Below, one piece after another: positions 28,545 through 38,534 of a stretch of 64,000 nucleotides of DNA (its first letter is position 1; the number at the start of each line of letters is the position of its first letter). The notes below the pieces were generated by a model that did no database searches, had not been told where the DNA came from, and saw only the letters and a program-made list of their open reading frames with translations. Source of the DNA: an uncultured Spirochaetota bacterium (GTDB lineage Bacteria; Spirochaetota; Spirochaetia; SZUA-6; Fen-1364); the NCBI GenBank assembly GCA_963745235.1, contig CAVUXE010000052.1, positions 274,009 to 338,008 on the forward strand. Direction: 5' to 3'. The position numbers and the translations under genes were made by a program.

Positions 28545-29555
28545 TTGAACATGCCAGGGGGTTTCGAGCTGCTTTCTCCGGATGTCGCGCTGCGCGTCGT
28601 GGAAGAGAGCTACGGGCTGGCTCTGGACGGGACGCTTGACTCCTACTCGAGCTACGTGAACCGGGTCTACGGCATCCGTGAGGAAAACGGAGACAGGTTC
28701 GTCGTCAAGTTCTACCGGCCCGGCAGGTGGCAGAAGGAGGCCATCCGGGAGGAGCACCAATACCTCCTCGATTGCAGCAAGGCGGAGATTCCTGTCATCT
28801 CGCCGCTGCCGGGCCTCGCGGCGGAAACTCTTCACGAGGTGAAGGTTGCCGATGGGGACGAAGAGCAGGTGTTCTTCTTCGCCCTCTTCCCAAGAACGGG
28901 CGGACGCACTTTCGAGCCGGAGACGGATTCGGACCTTCTCCGGCTGGGCGCCCTCCTGGGAAGATGCCACGCGGTGGGGGCTTCAGGAAACGCGCCCAAT
29001 CGCCTTGCCTGCACCCCGCAAGCCACCACGGCCGCGTACGTCCAGGAGCTCTTGTCCGACGGCCTTGTCCACCCCAAGTGTCGGGATGATTTCGCCGCGG
29101 TGTGCGGGGAAACCCTTGAGCTCATCAGTCCCCTGTTCGCGGGCGCACCGCACCAGAGGATCCACGGAGACTGCCATCGCGGAAACATCATTGATCGGCC
29201 GGATCGCGGGCTCGTCCTCATCGATTTCGATGACATGATGATGGGTCCGCCGGTCCAGGACCTCTGGCTCATCCTTCCCGGTTCTCTCGCTGACAGCGGC
29301 CATGAGCTGGATGTCGTCCTGGAGGCCTACTCGCGGTTTTCCCCATTCGAGACCCGGACTCTGGGCCTCATCGAGCCCCTCCGCTTCATGCGGATGATCT
29401 ACTTCCTGGCCTGGCGGGCGCGCCAGCGGAACGACTTCTGGTTCCGAGAGAGTTTCCCGGACTGGGGCAATGAAGCTTTCTGGATCACGGAGATCGAGGA
29501 CCTGCGAACGCAGGCATCCGTGATCAGGGAAGGCGCCGATCTGAAACACAGGTAG
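28545..29555 (+). CDS. srkA: Stress response Ser/Thr kinase SrkA (RdoA/YihE)
   Basis: SYVNRVY, KFYRPGRW, IHGDCHRGNI, DFDD, VQDLW, LIEPLR. Confidence 0.9.
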   Translation: MNMPGGFELLSPDVALRVVEESYGLALDGTLDSYSSYVNRVYGIREENGDRFVVKFYRPGRWQKEAIREEHQYLLDCSKAEIPVISPLPGLAAETLHEVKVADGDEEQVFFFALFPRTGGRTFEPETDSDLLRLGALLGRCHAVGASGNAPNRLACTPQATTAAYVQELLSDGLVHPKCRDDFAAVCGETLELISPLFAGAPHQRIHGDCHRGNIIDRPDRGLVLIDFDDMMMGPPVQDLWLILPGSLADSGHELDVVLEAYSRFSPFETRTLGLIEPLRFMRMIYFLAWRARQRNDFWFRESFPDWGNEAFWITEIEDLRTQASVIREGADLKHR

Positions 29556-29574
29556 CCGACCCGGGCGCGCTCAC

Positions 29575-29889
29575 CTACAACACGCCGGCGTGGTCATGCC
29601 GTCCCTTGACGAAGAAGTACCACATCGCCGCCATGGAGATCCCGGGCTCGCCCTCGATGACCTCTTGTATGTCTTTGATGCCGATCACCTTCGTACCCCT
29701 GTCATCCTTGATGACCTTGCCGTCGAACTCCGCAACTTTCTTGCCGTGGGAGTCCCGAAGGTTCTTCTTCTCGATCTGGCCAAAAACCGCGCCGTTGTAG
29801 GAGCGGATGGTGTCCTTCTCCACCTCTGCGAGCTTTTGTCCGGAGCTTTTCTTTATCAGGCGGCGTCCGTCGAACGTGTAATCTGCCAT
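29575..29889 (-). CDS. Small beta-repeat hypothetical protein (beta-flower-like)
   Basis: About 16-aa repeats of I/L-R/K-x-x-x-G-x-K/V; [10 protein letters not shown]. Confidence 0.65.
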   Translation of the reverse strand: MADYTFDGRRLIKKSSGQKLAEVEKDTIRSYNGAVFGQIEKKNLRDSHGKKVAEFDGKVIKDDRGTKVIGIKDIQEVIEGEPGISMAAMWYFFVKGRHDHAGVL

Positions 29890-29911
29890 CTTCTCCCTCC
29901 GTTGACCTCAA

Positions 29912-30830
29912 TTATATCCCCCGAAGAAATGAACCGACAACCGCGCGCGCGGAGGCGCATCCGGCGAGCCCCAGGGTGAGATCCAGCTCGGCGATGATGT
30001 TGCCGACCGCCTCAGTGACCCCCTGTTCTCCAGCCACGGCCAGCCCATAAACGTACGGCCGCCCCACGCAGACCGCGGAGGCGCCGAGAGCAAGGGCCTT
30101 GAAGACATCCGCTCCGCCGCGCACCCCGCTGTCGAGCAGGACGGGGACACGCCCGCGGGCGACCTTCACAATCTCCACCAGGGCGTCCAGCGACGCGATG
30201 GCCCCGTCCACTTGTCGACCCCCGTGGTTTGACACTATGAAGCCATCCACGCCGCGGTCGATCGCGGTGGCGGCATCGTCAGGATGCAGAATGCCCTTCA
30301 ACAATATCGGCAACCGGGTATGGCGGCGCAGGAGCTCCAGGTCCTCCCAGCGAAGCGACGGACGTGAGTACGAGGCCAGGAACATCCGCACGGCCTCCCG
30401 CGGCTCGCGCGACCGGAGGTTGCGGAGCAGGCCGCCGGGAAAGTGGGCTTTCTGCTGGAGCGCGACCACCACGGAACGAAGATTTATGGGCGGATTCCCG
30501 GCCGCAGGATCCGGCGCGGCCTTCGGCCGCCGGGAAGCCTCGCGCTTCACCTCGGCCCGGAACACCGGGTCGCTCGTGTACTGGGCCAGGCCCTCCCCGC
30601 GGAGAAACGGCAGAGATGCCAGCTCGAGGTCACGAGGGCGCCAGCCGAGCATCGTCGTGTCCAGGGTCAGGACGATTGCCGAACAGCCGCAGTCCTCGGC
30701 GCGGCGAACGAAGCTCGCGACGAGCTCATCCAAACGGCTCCAATAGAGCTGGAACCACCGCGGAGCGTCCTTTCGGGCGCCCTCCATTTCCCGCGCGCAT
30801 CGCTCCATAGGAACGGAGGCCTGGTTTCGA
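29912..30830 (-). pseudogene. 5'-truncated FMN-dependent alpha-hydroxy-acid oxidase (lactate 2-monooxygenase-like)
   Basis: WFQLYW, TLDT, LKGI, SNHGGRQ, DSGVRGG present; homology begins abruptly at NQASVPME and the N-terminal part is absent. Confidence 0.75.
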
Positions 30831-30897
30831 CCGACATCAGCGGGGAGACTGGCCATGACCGGACCGGTCGCGGATGCCCGCGAGCACTGCCTCCTGG

Positions 30898-33654
30898 TCA
30901 ACCGGGCAGACTGTCCACGCGGACGCCGACGGCGTTGTAAATGGCGTTCGTGATGGCGGGGGCTGTCGGGACGGCGACGATCTCCCCAGCCCCCTTGGCG
31001 CCGAAAGGTCCCGTGGAAACGGGATGCTCAACTGCGATGGAGACTATCTCCGGCACGTGGGTGATCGAAGGCATGCGGTAGCGCGCCAGTCGATCCGTGA
31101 CCACCTTCCCGCCCTCCACAATGAAGCGCTCGGTCAGGGCGTGGCCGATGCCCATGATCGCCCCTCCTTCGATCTGCGCCCTGAGCCCGAGAGGATTGAT
31201 GACCGCACCGACGTCATTTGCCGCGACCAGCCTCGTGACGCGCACCTCCCCCGTCCGTGTATTGACCTCCACCTCCGCGGCCTGCGCGGCAAAGGAGAAC
31301 GCAACGTGCATGTCGCCCTCTTCTCCGAGCGGCTGTGTGGCGGGGGCGCTGTAGGTGGCCGACACTCGCAGCGGGCGTCCGGATGACGTCATCAGCTCCG
31401 CAACCTCGCGAAAAGTAAAGGTGCGGTCCTTCAAGCGGGCGATTCCCTGCGAGAAGCTTATCTCCGCGGCGCCCGCAGCGTAGCGGGCTGAGAGCTCGCC
31501 TGTCATCATGGCGCGCAGGGCGGCGGCGCTCTTTCGCACGGAGTTTCCCGTAACGTAGGTCTGGCGCGAGGCGGTCGTGGGCCCGCCGTCTGGAGTCAGG
31601 TCGGTGTCGGAGAGCAGGACGCGTACCCCCTCTGGCTCAGTGCCAAGCTCTTCGGCGGCAATCAGCTGCAGCACCGTCGGAAGTCCCTGTCCAAGCTCTG
31701 CTGATGAGCAGCGAACTTCGAAGGAGCCGTCCGAAAAGAGCTCCACCTCCGAGGTTGCGCGGTCCTGGGCGCCTCCGCCGAGGCCGGTGTTCTTGTAGGC
31801 GACGGCAATGCCCCACGCCCGGCGCAGATGCGGCATGCCGAGGACTTCCTTCGCGGCAAAGGGTTCAGCTCCGCCGAGGCGGATCATCTCGGCCTGTACG
31901 CGGTCGATGCACTCCCGCAACCCCACGCTTTCGCGGAGGACTTGACCAGTGTTCGTTACGCTTCCCGTGCGAAGCGCGTTGATTCGCCGCAGGTCGACGG
32001 GGTCAACGTGGAGCTTCTCGGCAAGCATGTCCATCGCACTTTCGACGGCGAACGCGGATTGCAGGACGCCGAATCCTCGAAATGCGCCGGCAGGCGGGTT
32101 GTTCGTGTACACCGCGAAGCAGTCTGCCTTCACGTTCGGCACCTCGTAGGGACCGGACGAGTGTGTCGTGGCGCGTGTCATCACGATCTCACCAAGGGAG
32201 GCGTAGGCACCCGTGTCACCGTACAGGAACGTTTCACAGGCGGTCAGCTTCCCATCCCGCTTTGCTCCGAGCCTCACGCGGATCTGGGTGGCATGTCGCT
32301 TGGGATGAACGATCAGGCTTTCCTGTCGATCGAAGAGAAGCTTCACCGGCCTCCCCGTCGCCGCAGCCAGCAGGGCGGCATGTATCTGTCCGGCAATATC
32401 CTCTTTTCCGCCGAAGCCGCCGCCGATCAGCTGGCCGATGACGCGCACGCGGGCCTCGGGAACGCCAAGGGCGCTTGCGACCTGGGTGCGGTCTTCGTAC
32501 GGGATCTGCGACCCGACATAGACCTCCATCCGTCCGTCAGGGGTCGGGCGCGCTATGCTGCACTCCGGTTCCATGAAGGCATGGTCGTAGGTGGGCGTGT
32601 GGAAGGTGTGATCGATCACCGCCTCGGCCTCGGCAAAGCCGCGCTCCGCGTCTCCCCGACGCACCTGGATGTGCTTGAGCAGATTTCCGTTCGGATGGAT
32701 GGCAGGGGAATCGGATTGAAGCGCCGCCACCGGGTCCGTGACCACCGGGAGCGGGTCAATGCGGACGTCAATCAGATCGAGCGCGCGGCCTGCCGTCTCG
32801 CGCGTGTCTGCGGCGACCAGTGCCAGGGCGTCCCCGACGGTGCGCACCCTTTCCCCGACTCCCACGAGCACGGGCCAGTCCTGCACGATGACCCCATGGT
32901 TGTGCTCGCCAGGGATGTCCGGAGACACGAGCACTGCCGCGACGCCGGGCAAGGCCCTGGCCCGGCTCACGTCGACGCTGCGCACCAGGCCTGACGGCAC
33001 GAGCGCCCGCTTCACCCTGGCGTGGAGCATTCCGGGGAAAGAAAGATCATCCGTGTACAGCGCCTTGCCCGTGACCTTGTCGATGGCGTCGGCACGCGGC
33101 ACGACTGTCCCCACTGCTCGATGCTGAACCATGGACCGCGGTATGTCCCTCGGTGGATCGACCGGCAGACCGCGTGCGGCCGCACGAGCCGCCGCCCGGA
33201 TGGCGCGGATGATTCCCCCATAGCTCCCACAGCGGCAGAGCGTGTCCTTGAGCTCAGCCTTGATCTCTTCTTCGTCGGGGTCGGCATTTTCGCGCAGCAG
33301 CGCATAGGCGGCCATGAGCTGGCCGGGCGTACAGAACCCGCACTGGACCACCCCGTACTTCACAAACGCGTCCTGGAGCGGATGCAGGCCGTTGGAGGAG
33401 GGCCCCGTTTTCGCAAGCCCTTCTATGGTGAGCACCTCCTTGCCGCGGGCCTTCGCGGCGGGACACGTGCACGAGAGAACCGGGCGGCCATCCAGGAGCA
33501 CCGTGCAGGCTCCGCACTCCGATTCGTTGCAGCCGATTTTTGTTCCCGTCAGCCGAAGCCGTGAACGCAGCAGGTCGGAGAGCATCTCCCCCGGCTGCTC
33601 CTCAACGGCGACGGCGGCGCCGTTGACCGTAAGCTCGATCGTTTCCCGGCTCAT
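30898..33654 (-). CDS. Xanthine dehydrogenase / aldehyde oxidase family, fused 2Fe-2S and molybdopterin subunit
   Basis: [45 protein letters not shown]; the true C-terminus probably continues (PVDQEAVL...) to 30837 after a frameshift. Confidence 0.92.
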   Translation of the reverse strand: MSRETIELTVNGAAVAVEEQPGEMLSDLLRSRLRLTGTKIGCNESECGACTVLLDGRPVLSCTCPAAKARGKEVLTIEGLAKTGPSSNGLHPLQDAFVKYGVVQCGFCTPGQLMAAYALLRENADPDEEEIKAELKDTLCRCGSYGGIIRAIRAAARAAARGLPVDPPRDIPRSMVQHRAVGTVVPRADAIDKVTGKALYTDDLSFPGMLHARVKRALVPSGLVRSVDVSRARALPGVAAVLVSPDIPGEHNHGVIVQDWPVLVGVGERVRTVGDALALVAADTRETAGRALDLIDVRIDPLPVVTDPVAALQSDSPAIHPNGNLLKHIQVRRGDAERGFAEAEAVIDHTFHTPTYDHAFMEPECSIARPTPDGRMEVYVGSQIPYEDRTQVASALGVPEARVRVIGQLIGGGFGGKEDIAGQIHAALLAAATGRPVKLLFDRQESLIVHPKRHATQIRVRLGAKRDGKLTACETFLYGDTGAYASLGEIVMTRATTHSSGPYEVPNVKADCFAVYTNNPPAGAFRGFGVLQSAFAVESAMDMLAEKLHVDPVDLRRINALRTGSVTNTGQVLRESVGLRECIDRVQAEMIRLGGAEPFAAKEVLGMPHLRRAWGIAVAYKNTGLGGGAQDRATSEVELFSDGSFEVRCSSAELGQGLPTVLQLIAAEELGTEPEGVRVLLSDTDLTPDGGPTTASRQTYVTGNSVRKSAAALRAMMTGELSARYAAGAAEISFSQGIARLKDRTFTFREVAELMTSSGRPLRVSATYSAPATQPLGEEGDMHVAFSFAAQAAEVEVNTRTGEVRVTRLVAANDVGAVINPLGLRAQIEGGAIMGIGHALTERFIVEGGKVVTDRLARYRMPSITHVPEIVSIAVEHPVSTGPFGAKGAGEIVAVPTAPAITNAIYNAVGVRVDSLPG

Positions 33655-34537
33655 GCCGCTGCCTGGACCGCCGCGGTCCGCTCCCAGGCTGCCGCGACAA
33701 CCTCCTGCAGGAGCACCTCGCTCAACAGGTAGCGATAGTCGGCGCTTGCCCGGCCCGGGCTCAGCGGAGCCTCAAGGCGTTCCTCACCTCTCGAAGCATC
33801 GCCTCGACGCTCTGGTCGGTCAGGCTCTTTCCCCGGAGGGTCCCCTCCAGCTCGGCCGCCCGGCTGGGAACGGGTCCGGAAGGGCCGACTGCGATCCGGA
33901 TGTCATGGATGTAGTTCTCTCTTCGATCCAGCCAGACCGCCGCATTCAGAATGGGAAGGGCAACTCCCTGCGGTCTCATGATCCGGTCGAAGGCCGAAGA
34001 ATGTCCTGCGCCGGTCGGGATGTGGAAGCCGACAAGGATCTCGCGGCCGCCTGACAGAGCGGACTCGCCCGGTCCGCGGTAAAGCTCAGGAAGAGGCACT
34101 CGCCGCCGGCCGTACGAGCCGGCAATTTCCGCCTCCGCGCCCAGCGCAAGCAGCGCTATCGCGCCGTCCGCCGCGGGCAGAGCGTGGGCAACGTTGCCTC
34201 CCAGCGTGGCTGCGCTGCGCACCTGGGGCCCACCGATCATGCCGCATGCCTCGGCAAGGGCACGAGCGTGCGCCCGCACTAGGAGATGCGTGGCCACATC
34301 GCACACCGGCACCGCAGCGCCGATGAACAAGGAGTCCCCGCGCAGCTCGATATCAAGAAGCTCGGGGACCGCCGAAACGTCGATGAGGGTATGCACGGGA
34401 GCGTGTCGACCCTGCTGCAGCTCGAGGAGCACGTCCGTGCCGCCCGCGATCAGGCACGCCGGCGCGGCTGCTTCTCCCATGGTTTGCAGCGCATCATCGA
34501 CGGAATGTACAGAGGTATATTTGAACCAGAGACTCAT
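33651..34537 (-). CDS. FAD-binding subunit of the XDH-family enzyme (frameshift near 33765)
   Basis: IAGGTD, IGGPQVRSAATLGGNV, PAADG; RASADYR C-terminus is in a shifted frame and ends in an ATGA overlap. Confidence 0.88.
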
Positions 34538-34662
34538 CGGTGGACTCCTTCTGGGGCGGCACTTTTCGACGGGTTTCTGCCCGACGCCGGCACGGATTTC
34601 CGTGACGACCACCGATGCTGATTTGTCGCTTATATATTACCACTTCGGTCAGGTATTTGCAA
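34535..34662 (-). promoter_or_regulatory. XDH operon promoter and structured 5' leader
   Basis: TTGCAA-N17-TAATAT with TG extension (34662-34634); leader stem CATCGGTGG/CCACCGATG encloses two hairpins. Confidence 0.6.
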
Positions 34663-34744
34663 GAAAATGCGTCATTACCTTTTGACAGGCAAAATCACAA
34701 ATCCGCTGATTTCTTTCATCACACCCAGGGTCTACCTTGTGGGC

Positions 34745-34987
34745 ATGGCATCGCCGTTCTGTACGATCTGCAGAGGTTTGGGAGACACGGAAGGACGTCT
34801 CAGCTGCGAAGCTTTCCCCCTTGGAATTCCAAAGGAAGTCTACCCATGTGGGTGCGTCCCTCACGGGGGGCGTGGCTTCGGGTTCACGCCGAGACGGGGC
34901 ATGGAAGAGACCGCGGCGCGGTGGGCGGGGCTCGACGGGGAAGAAAGTTCGCGGGGCGTCTCACCGATCAGTCAGCGTCCCGGCTGA
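34745..34987 (+). CDS. Small Cys-rich protein (CxxC...CEAFPxGIP)
   Basis: MASPFCTIC...CEAFPLGIPKEV...GFGFTP; TACCTT-N6-ATG upstream. Confidence 0.6.
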   Translation: MASPFCTICRGLGDTEGRLSCEAFPLGIPKEVYPCGCVPHGGRGFGFTPRRGMEETAARWAGLDGEESSRGVSPISQRPG

Positions 34988-35066
34988 GCTCCTCAGGAAC
35001 AGCCTTCACCGCGGATGGGGGCTCGAGCAGAATGCTCAGGGCGCTGGGGAAGGCGGCAGAGACGAA

Positions 35067-36140
35067 TCAGTGCTGGCTGTCGGCGGGAAGCCGTATTGAA
35101 CCTGATCCGCAGCCGGGGAGCTCTGACGCGCCCTCCTTGCCCACGCTGTTCCACAAGTCAGACGGGCCGAGGCCAATGCGCCAGAAGGCCACGGACCTGA
35201 TGTCTTTTGACTTGTACAGCTGAAGTTTTTCTCCAAGGGACCGCAGGTCGTCGTAGAACACTCGAACGACGACTTTCTCCGAATACTCGAAATACGACCC
35301 TAGCTCAGAGACGTAGTTCATCCTCGGGTTCTTTTCAGTTATGATGTCCTGCACATTTTGAAACCCCATGGCTCGTGACAGCTTCTTGTCCTGCCACGCC
35401 CTGCCGTAGAGGGGTAATCCCATCACGATCTTGTCATTTTCGATTGTACTCTGCGCGTAATCAAGCACCTCCGAGCACCAGGGAAGCGAGGCGACGGGGC
35501 CCGGCGAGCTGGTGCTCCAGTGCTCGTCATAGGCCATGATGACCACCCGGTCCACAAGGGGCGCAATATTTGAATACGCATACGCGTCTGCCTTCGGCGT
35601 TGTCCTGGCAGGAACGGCGACGCTCAGCATTTTCCCGGGAGGAAGCTTCCCTCTCAGGCCCCGGAGAAAATCCCAGAAATATTCGCCGTCGTCCGCAGAG
35701 ACAGTCTCAAAATCTATCTGCACCCCGTCGAAGCCCTGCGAAACTCTGCATATGTCATCTATGAGCAGAGGCCGCACTCCGTACACGGGACTCAGCGAAA
35801 AGTGCATGAGCGGGGGGCTGGAGAGCTCGGTAATGACAAGGTCGATCCGGGGCGTCGACCCGTCATCAAGGAAGACCAGGGGCCGGGCGACTGTATCCTC
35901 TATGCGCCCCTCGTTGTTCACGCTTGCGCTGAAATAGCAAAGATGCGTAAAGGGTTCAGTTCCCGTCAGCTCGGCCTCGCGGCCTCGCATGAGATAGCCC
36001 CAGATGTCTTCGAAAACGATCTTCTCCGGGAGGGCGGCGCTGGTGCTTTTCGTGGAAGCGCAGCCGCTCAAAGCGCCTGCCGCGACAGCAATCAGAGCGC
36101 ATGCAAGGAGAAGCAAGCCTCGCTTGATTGACGACCCCAT
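35067..36140 (-). CDS. GH18 glycoside hydrolase lipoprotein (YdhD/SleL-like)
   Basis: Lipobox LSGC, FDGVQIDFE, IMAYDEH, GLPLYGRAW, VAFWRIG. Confidence 0.88.
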   Translation of the reverse strand: MGSSIKRGLLLLACALIAVAAGALSGCASTKSTSAALPEKIVFEDIWGYLMRGREAELTGTEPFTHLCYFSASVNNEGRIEDTVARPLVFLDDGSTPRIDLVITELSSPPLMHFSLSPVYGVRPLLIDDICRVSQGFDGVQIDFETVSADDGEYFWDFLRGLRGKLPPGKMLSVAVPARTTPKADAYAYSNIAPLVDRVVIMAYDEHWSTSSPGPVASLPWCSEVLDYAQSTIENDKIVMGLPLYGRAWQDKKLSRAMGFQNVQDIITEKNPRMNYVSELGSYFEYSEKVVVRVFYDDLRSLGEKLQLYKSKDIRSVAFWRIGLGPSDLWNSVGKEGASELPGCGSGSIRLPADSQH

Positions 36141-36200
36141 ACAAGTCTACAAATCCTACCGTTCGCGGGGCCCTTGTCAAGCTCGACATGCATTCGGGAG

Positions 36201-37328
36201 TCAGGCACCCGACCTCAGGTCGGCATCTACGGGCGCGGACTTGATCAGGTCGGTGAGCCGCCGGTGCCAGCCGATGTCGCGCCACATGCCGACAAACTGC
36301 GGCCCGCAGAAGTTGGACGTCGCAAGGGCCACCCAGCGTCCCTGCCGGACCGCGTGCTCCACGCCCATGGCGGTCAGGTCTTTGACCCAGCCCCAGTCCA
36401 GGCCGGGCCAATCCTTGTAGTCCACCACCGCCCAGCACTCGGTGGTGATGAGGGGCCTCCCCGAAGCGCGCGACCAGGCGGCCACGCCGTCGATTTCTGC
36501 CATGAGCGCAGCATCGTATTTCTGCTTGCCCTCCCGATAGACGCGATACCCGTTGTCCACGATGTTTTCGAACCCCCGCGGATCGAACTTCTCGAAATTG
36601 TAGCCAACGCGCTCGTTCCAGTCGCTGGTGCCCGGAAACGACATCCAGACGTGAGGCTCCAGGAGGTCGAGCATGGAAACGTCCTGGTCCTTCCAGTCCC
36701 TGTATTGCGTGCAGAAAGAAAACGTGTAGTCGAGCCTTGGATACTGGCGCCCGGTTTCCTTGATGGCCTCCCGCATCCAGGCGGCGATTTCCGGCAACCT
36801 GCGCGACTTCTCCTGATTGGAAGGGGTATTTTCGTTGCCGCCGTAGAGGTACGGCGTCCAGAAGGGCGTGGGAAACTCGTTGCTGAAATCGACGTACAGA
36901 ATTGCCTCCAGGAGCCCTGCCTCCTCCAGATAGCGCAGCGTATCAGTCCAGATCAGCGCGTGGTCAGCCGGCGTCCTGATGCCGTTCCTCATGCCTGTGG
37001 CGTCGAGCCGGTTCCATGTGGACAGGCCCACCCTGACTCCGCGGTTACGGCACCCGGCCACGAACTCGCGCAGCTCAGGACCCACGCGAAGGCTCACTTT
37101 CGACTGCGCTCCCCACGCGGTCTGGTTCCAAAGGGGGAGCAGGTCCCAGACCCTGTCAGGGGAAGCGGAAACCAGGTGCGGGTAGGCATCTATGCGCACG
37201 GCATCGTAGCCGCGCTCCAGAAGCTCATCCAGGGCCTTGCCCCAGTCCTCGTACCCGGCACCGGGCCAGCGGCGCTCGAGCCACGAGAAGTCCCACATTG
37301 CTATGGCGAGGGGTCGTTCGATTCTCAC
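36201..37328 (-). CDS. Cellulase-like (GH-A clan) family protein
   Basis: AIAMWDFSWLERRWPGAGYEDW, VRIDAYPHL, DFSNEF, ITTECW. Confidence 0.82.
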   Translation of the reverse strand: MRIERPLAIAMWDFSWLERRWPGAGYEDWGKALDELLERGYDAVRIDAYPHLVSASPDRVWDLLPLWNQTAWGAQSKVSLRVGPELREFVAGCRNRGVRVGLSTWNRLDATGMRNGIRTPADHALIWTDTLRYLEEAGLLEAILYVDFSNEFPTPFWTPYLYGGNENTPSNQEKSRRLPEIAAWMREAIKETGRQYPRLDYTFSFCTQYRDWKDQDVSMLDLLEPHVWMSFPGTSDWNERVGYNFEKFDPRGFENIVDNGYRVYREGKQKYDAALMAEIDGVAAWSRASGRPLITTECWAVVDYKDWPGLDWGWVKDLTAMGVEHAVRQGRWVALATSNFCGPQFVGMWRDIGWHRRLTDLIKSAPVDADLRSGA

Positions 37329-37376
37329 CAAAAGAAATTACTTGACAAAGGGCCCAAGCGGAGCAACAATCGATTG

Positions 37377-38534
37377 ATGTCCGGACAAGCTGTAACTACA
37401 AGTAAGCATGCTGAGATAAGCGATTGGATCAGGGCAGAAATCGATGCTGGATCCATCCGTCCTGGAGATCGCCTTCCGTCAGAGAGTGAGCTCTGCAAAC
37501 GGTTTGGAGTCTCACGCACATCGGTTCGCCTCGCAATCGCAAACCTTTCCCGGGAAGGTCTTCTAGAATCGCAGAAAGGGATAGGAACGTTCTGCCGTAC
37601 GTTTAAGCCCAAAGCTGCCAAAGATCTCGCCCTGGTCTGTTTTTTCCCCAGCTCTTACATCTTTCCGCGGATTGCCTCCGGGTTCGACGAGCTGACCCAC
37701 AGGCTCGGGTATCACATGCTTCTCAACCAGTCTGGTCTGAGGCTGGAGAGGGAGCGGGAGATCCTGCGAAAGCTCAGGGCCCGAGGCGTGGGGGGGATTG
37801 CCATAGAGCCAATCAATCCCGGCTCGAATGATCCGCGGAATCCCGTCGCCCTGGATAAGACGAATTATGCTCTCATACGGGAAATCAGGGACTCGGGGAT
37901 CGGGATTGTCCTCCTGGACAGCGATTTCGGAGACGGCAGCTTTCCTTCGATAACCATCAGTGACAAGCGCGGGGGCGAGATGGCGGCCCGATACCTCTGG
38001 GAGCGCGGCCATCGGGAGATCGGGATTGTCTGCTCACAGGACCATCTTGCAAAAAAGCTCAGGTCGTGGGGCGCGCAGGATTTTCTCGGAGCGGCGGGAA
38101 GCCCCGTTCCCGAGACCTGGAGGATTCTGCCTGAGCGCACCAGCGGCGCTGAGCAGGCAATCGAGGAGTTCTTCGCCGGCGCCGCCGCGTTTCCGCGGGC
38201 TTTCATCTGCACGAACGACGAGGAGGCGGTTGCCCTGTACAGGGTTGCCTCTCGGAGGGGGCTGCGCGTGCCACGGGACATCTCGCTCATCAGCTTCGAC
38301 AACTCGGACTACGCGAGGCTGCCCGGCCTGGATCTCACCTCCATTGACCATCCCGGAGCGTTCATCGGGGAGAAGGCGGCCCAGATCCTCGCTGATTACG
38401 CGGCCTTCCCGCACGTGAAGTTCTCCAACGCGATATCGATCGAACCTGTCATCGTGGAACGTTCATCGGTCCTGGACGTGCGCCCCCGTACGGGGCCTGC
38501 AAAACAGCTTCAAGCTCGAGGAGGAACGGAATGA
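37377..38534 (+). CDS. GntR-wHTH / LacI-sensor hybrid regulator (AraR-type)
   Basis: RLPSESELCKRFGVSRTSVR...GIGTF, then CTNDEEA, RVPRDISLISFDN. Confidence 0.92.
   Translation: MSGQAVTTSKHAEISDWIRAEIDAGSIRPGDRLPSESELCKRFGVSRTSVRLAIANLSREGLLESQKGIGTFCRTFKPKAAKDLALVCFFPSSYIFPRIASGFDELTHRLGYHMLLNQSGLRLEREREILRKLRARGVGGIAIEPINPGSNDPRNPVALDKTNYALIREIRDSGIGIVLLDSDFGDGSFPSITISDKRGGEMAARYLWERGHREIGIVCSQDHLAKKLRSWGAQDFLGAAGSPVPETWRILPERTSGAEQAIEEFFAGAAAFPRAFICTNDEEAVALYRVASRRGLRVPRDISLISFDNSDYARLPGLDLTSIDHPGAFIGEKAAQILADYAAFPHVKFSNAISIEPVIVERSSVLDVRPRTGPAKQLQARGGTE
37378..37400. promoter_or_regulatory. Tandem AraR/GntR-type operators over the first codons of the regulator
   Basis: TGTCCGGACA (perfect palindrome) and TGTAACTACA, downstream of TTGACA-N17-AACAAT. 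Confidence 0.55.

Noticed and set aside
30898-34537. Selenocysteine read-through in the molybdoenzyme genes
   Set aside because: The early TGA stops are bypassed by frame change, not in-frame read-through, and no SECIS-like element is evident.
36174-37376. Apparent 786-aa GntR fusion (similarly the 788-aa GH13 and 512-aa YbhB ORFs)
   Set aside because: The N-terminal extensions overlap other genuine genes; the true starts are 37377, 13761 and 51244.
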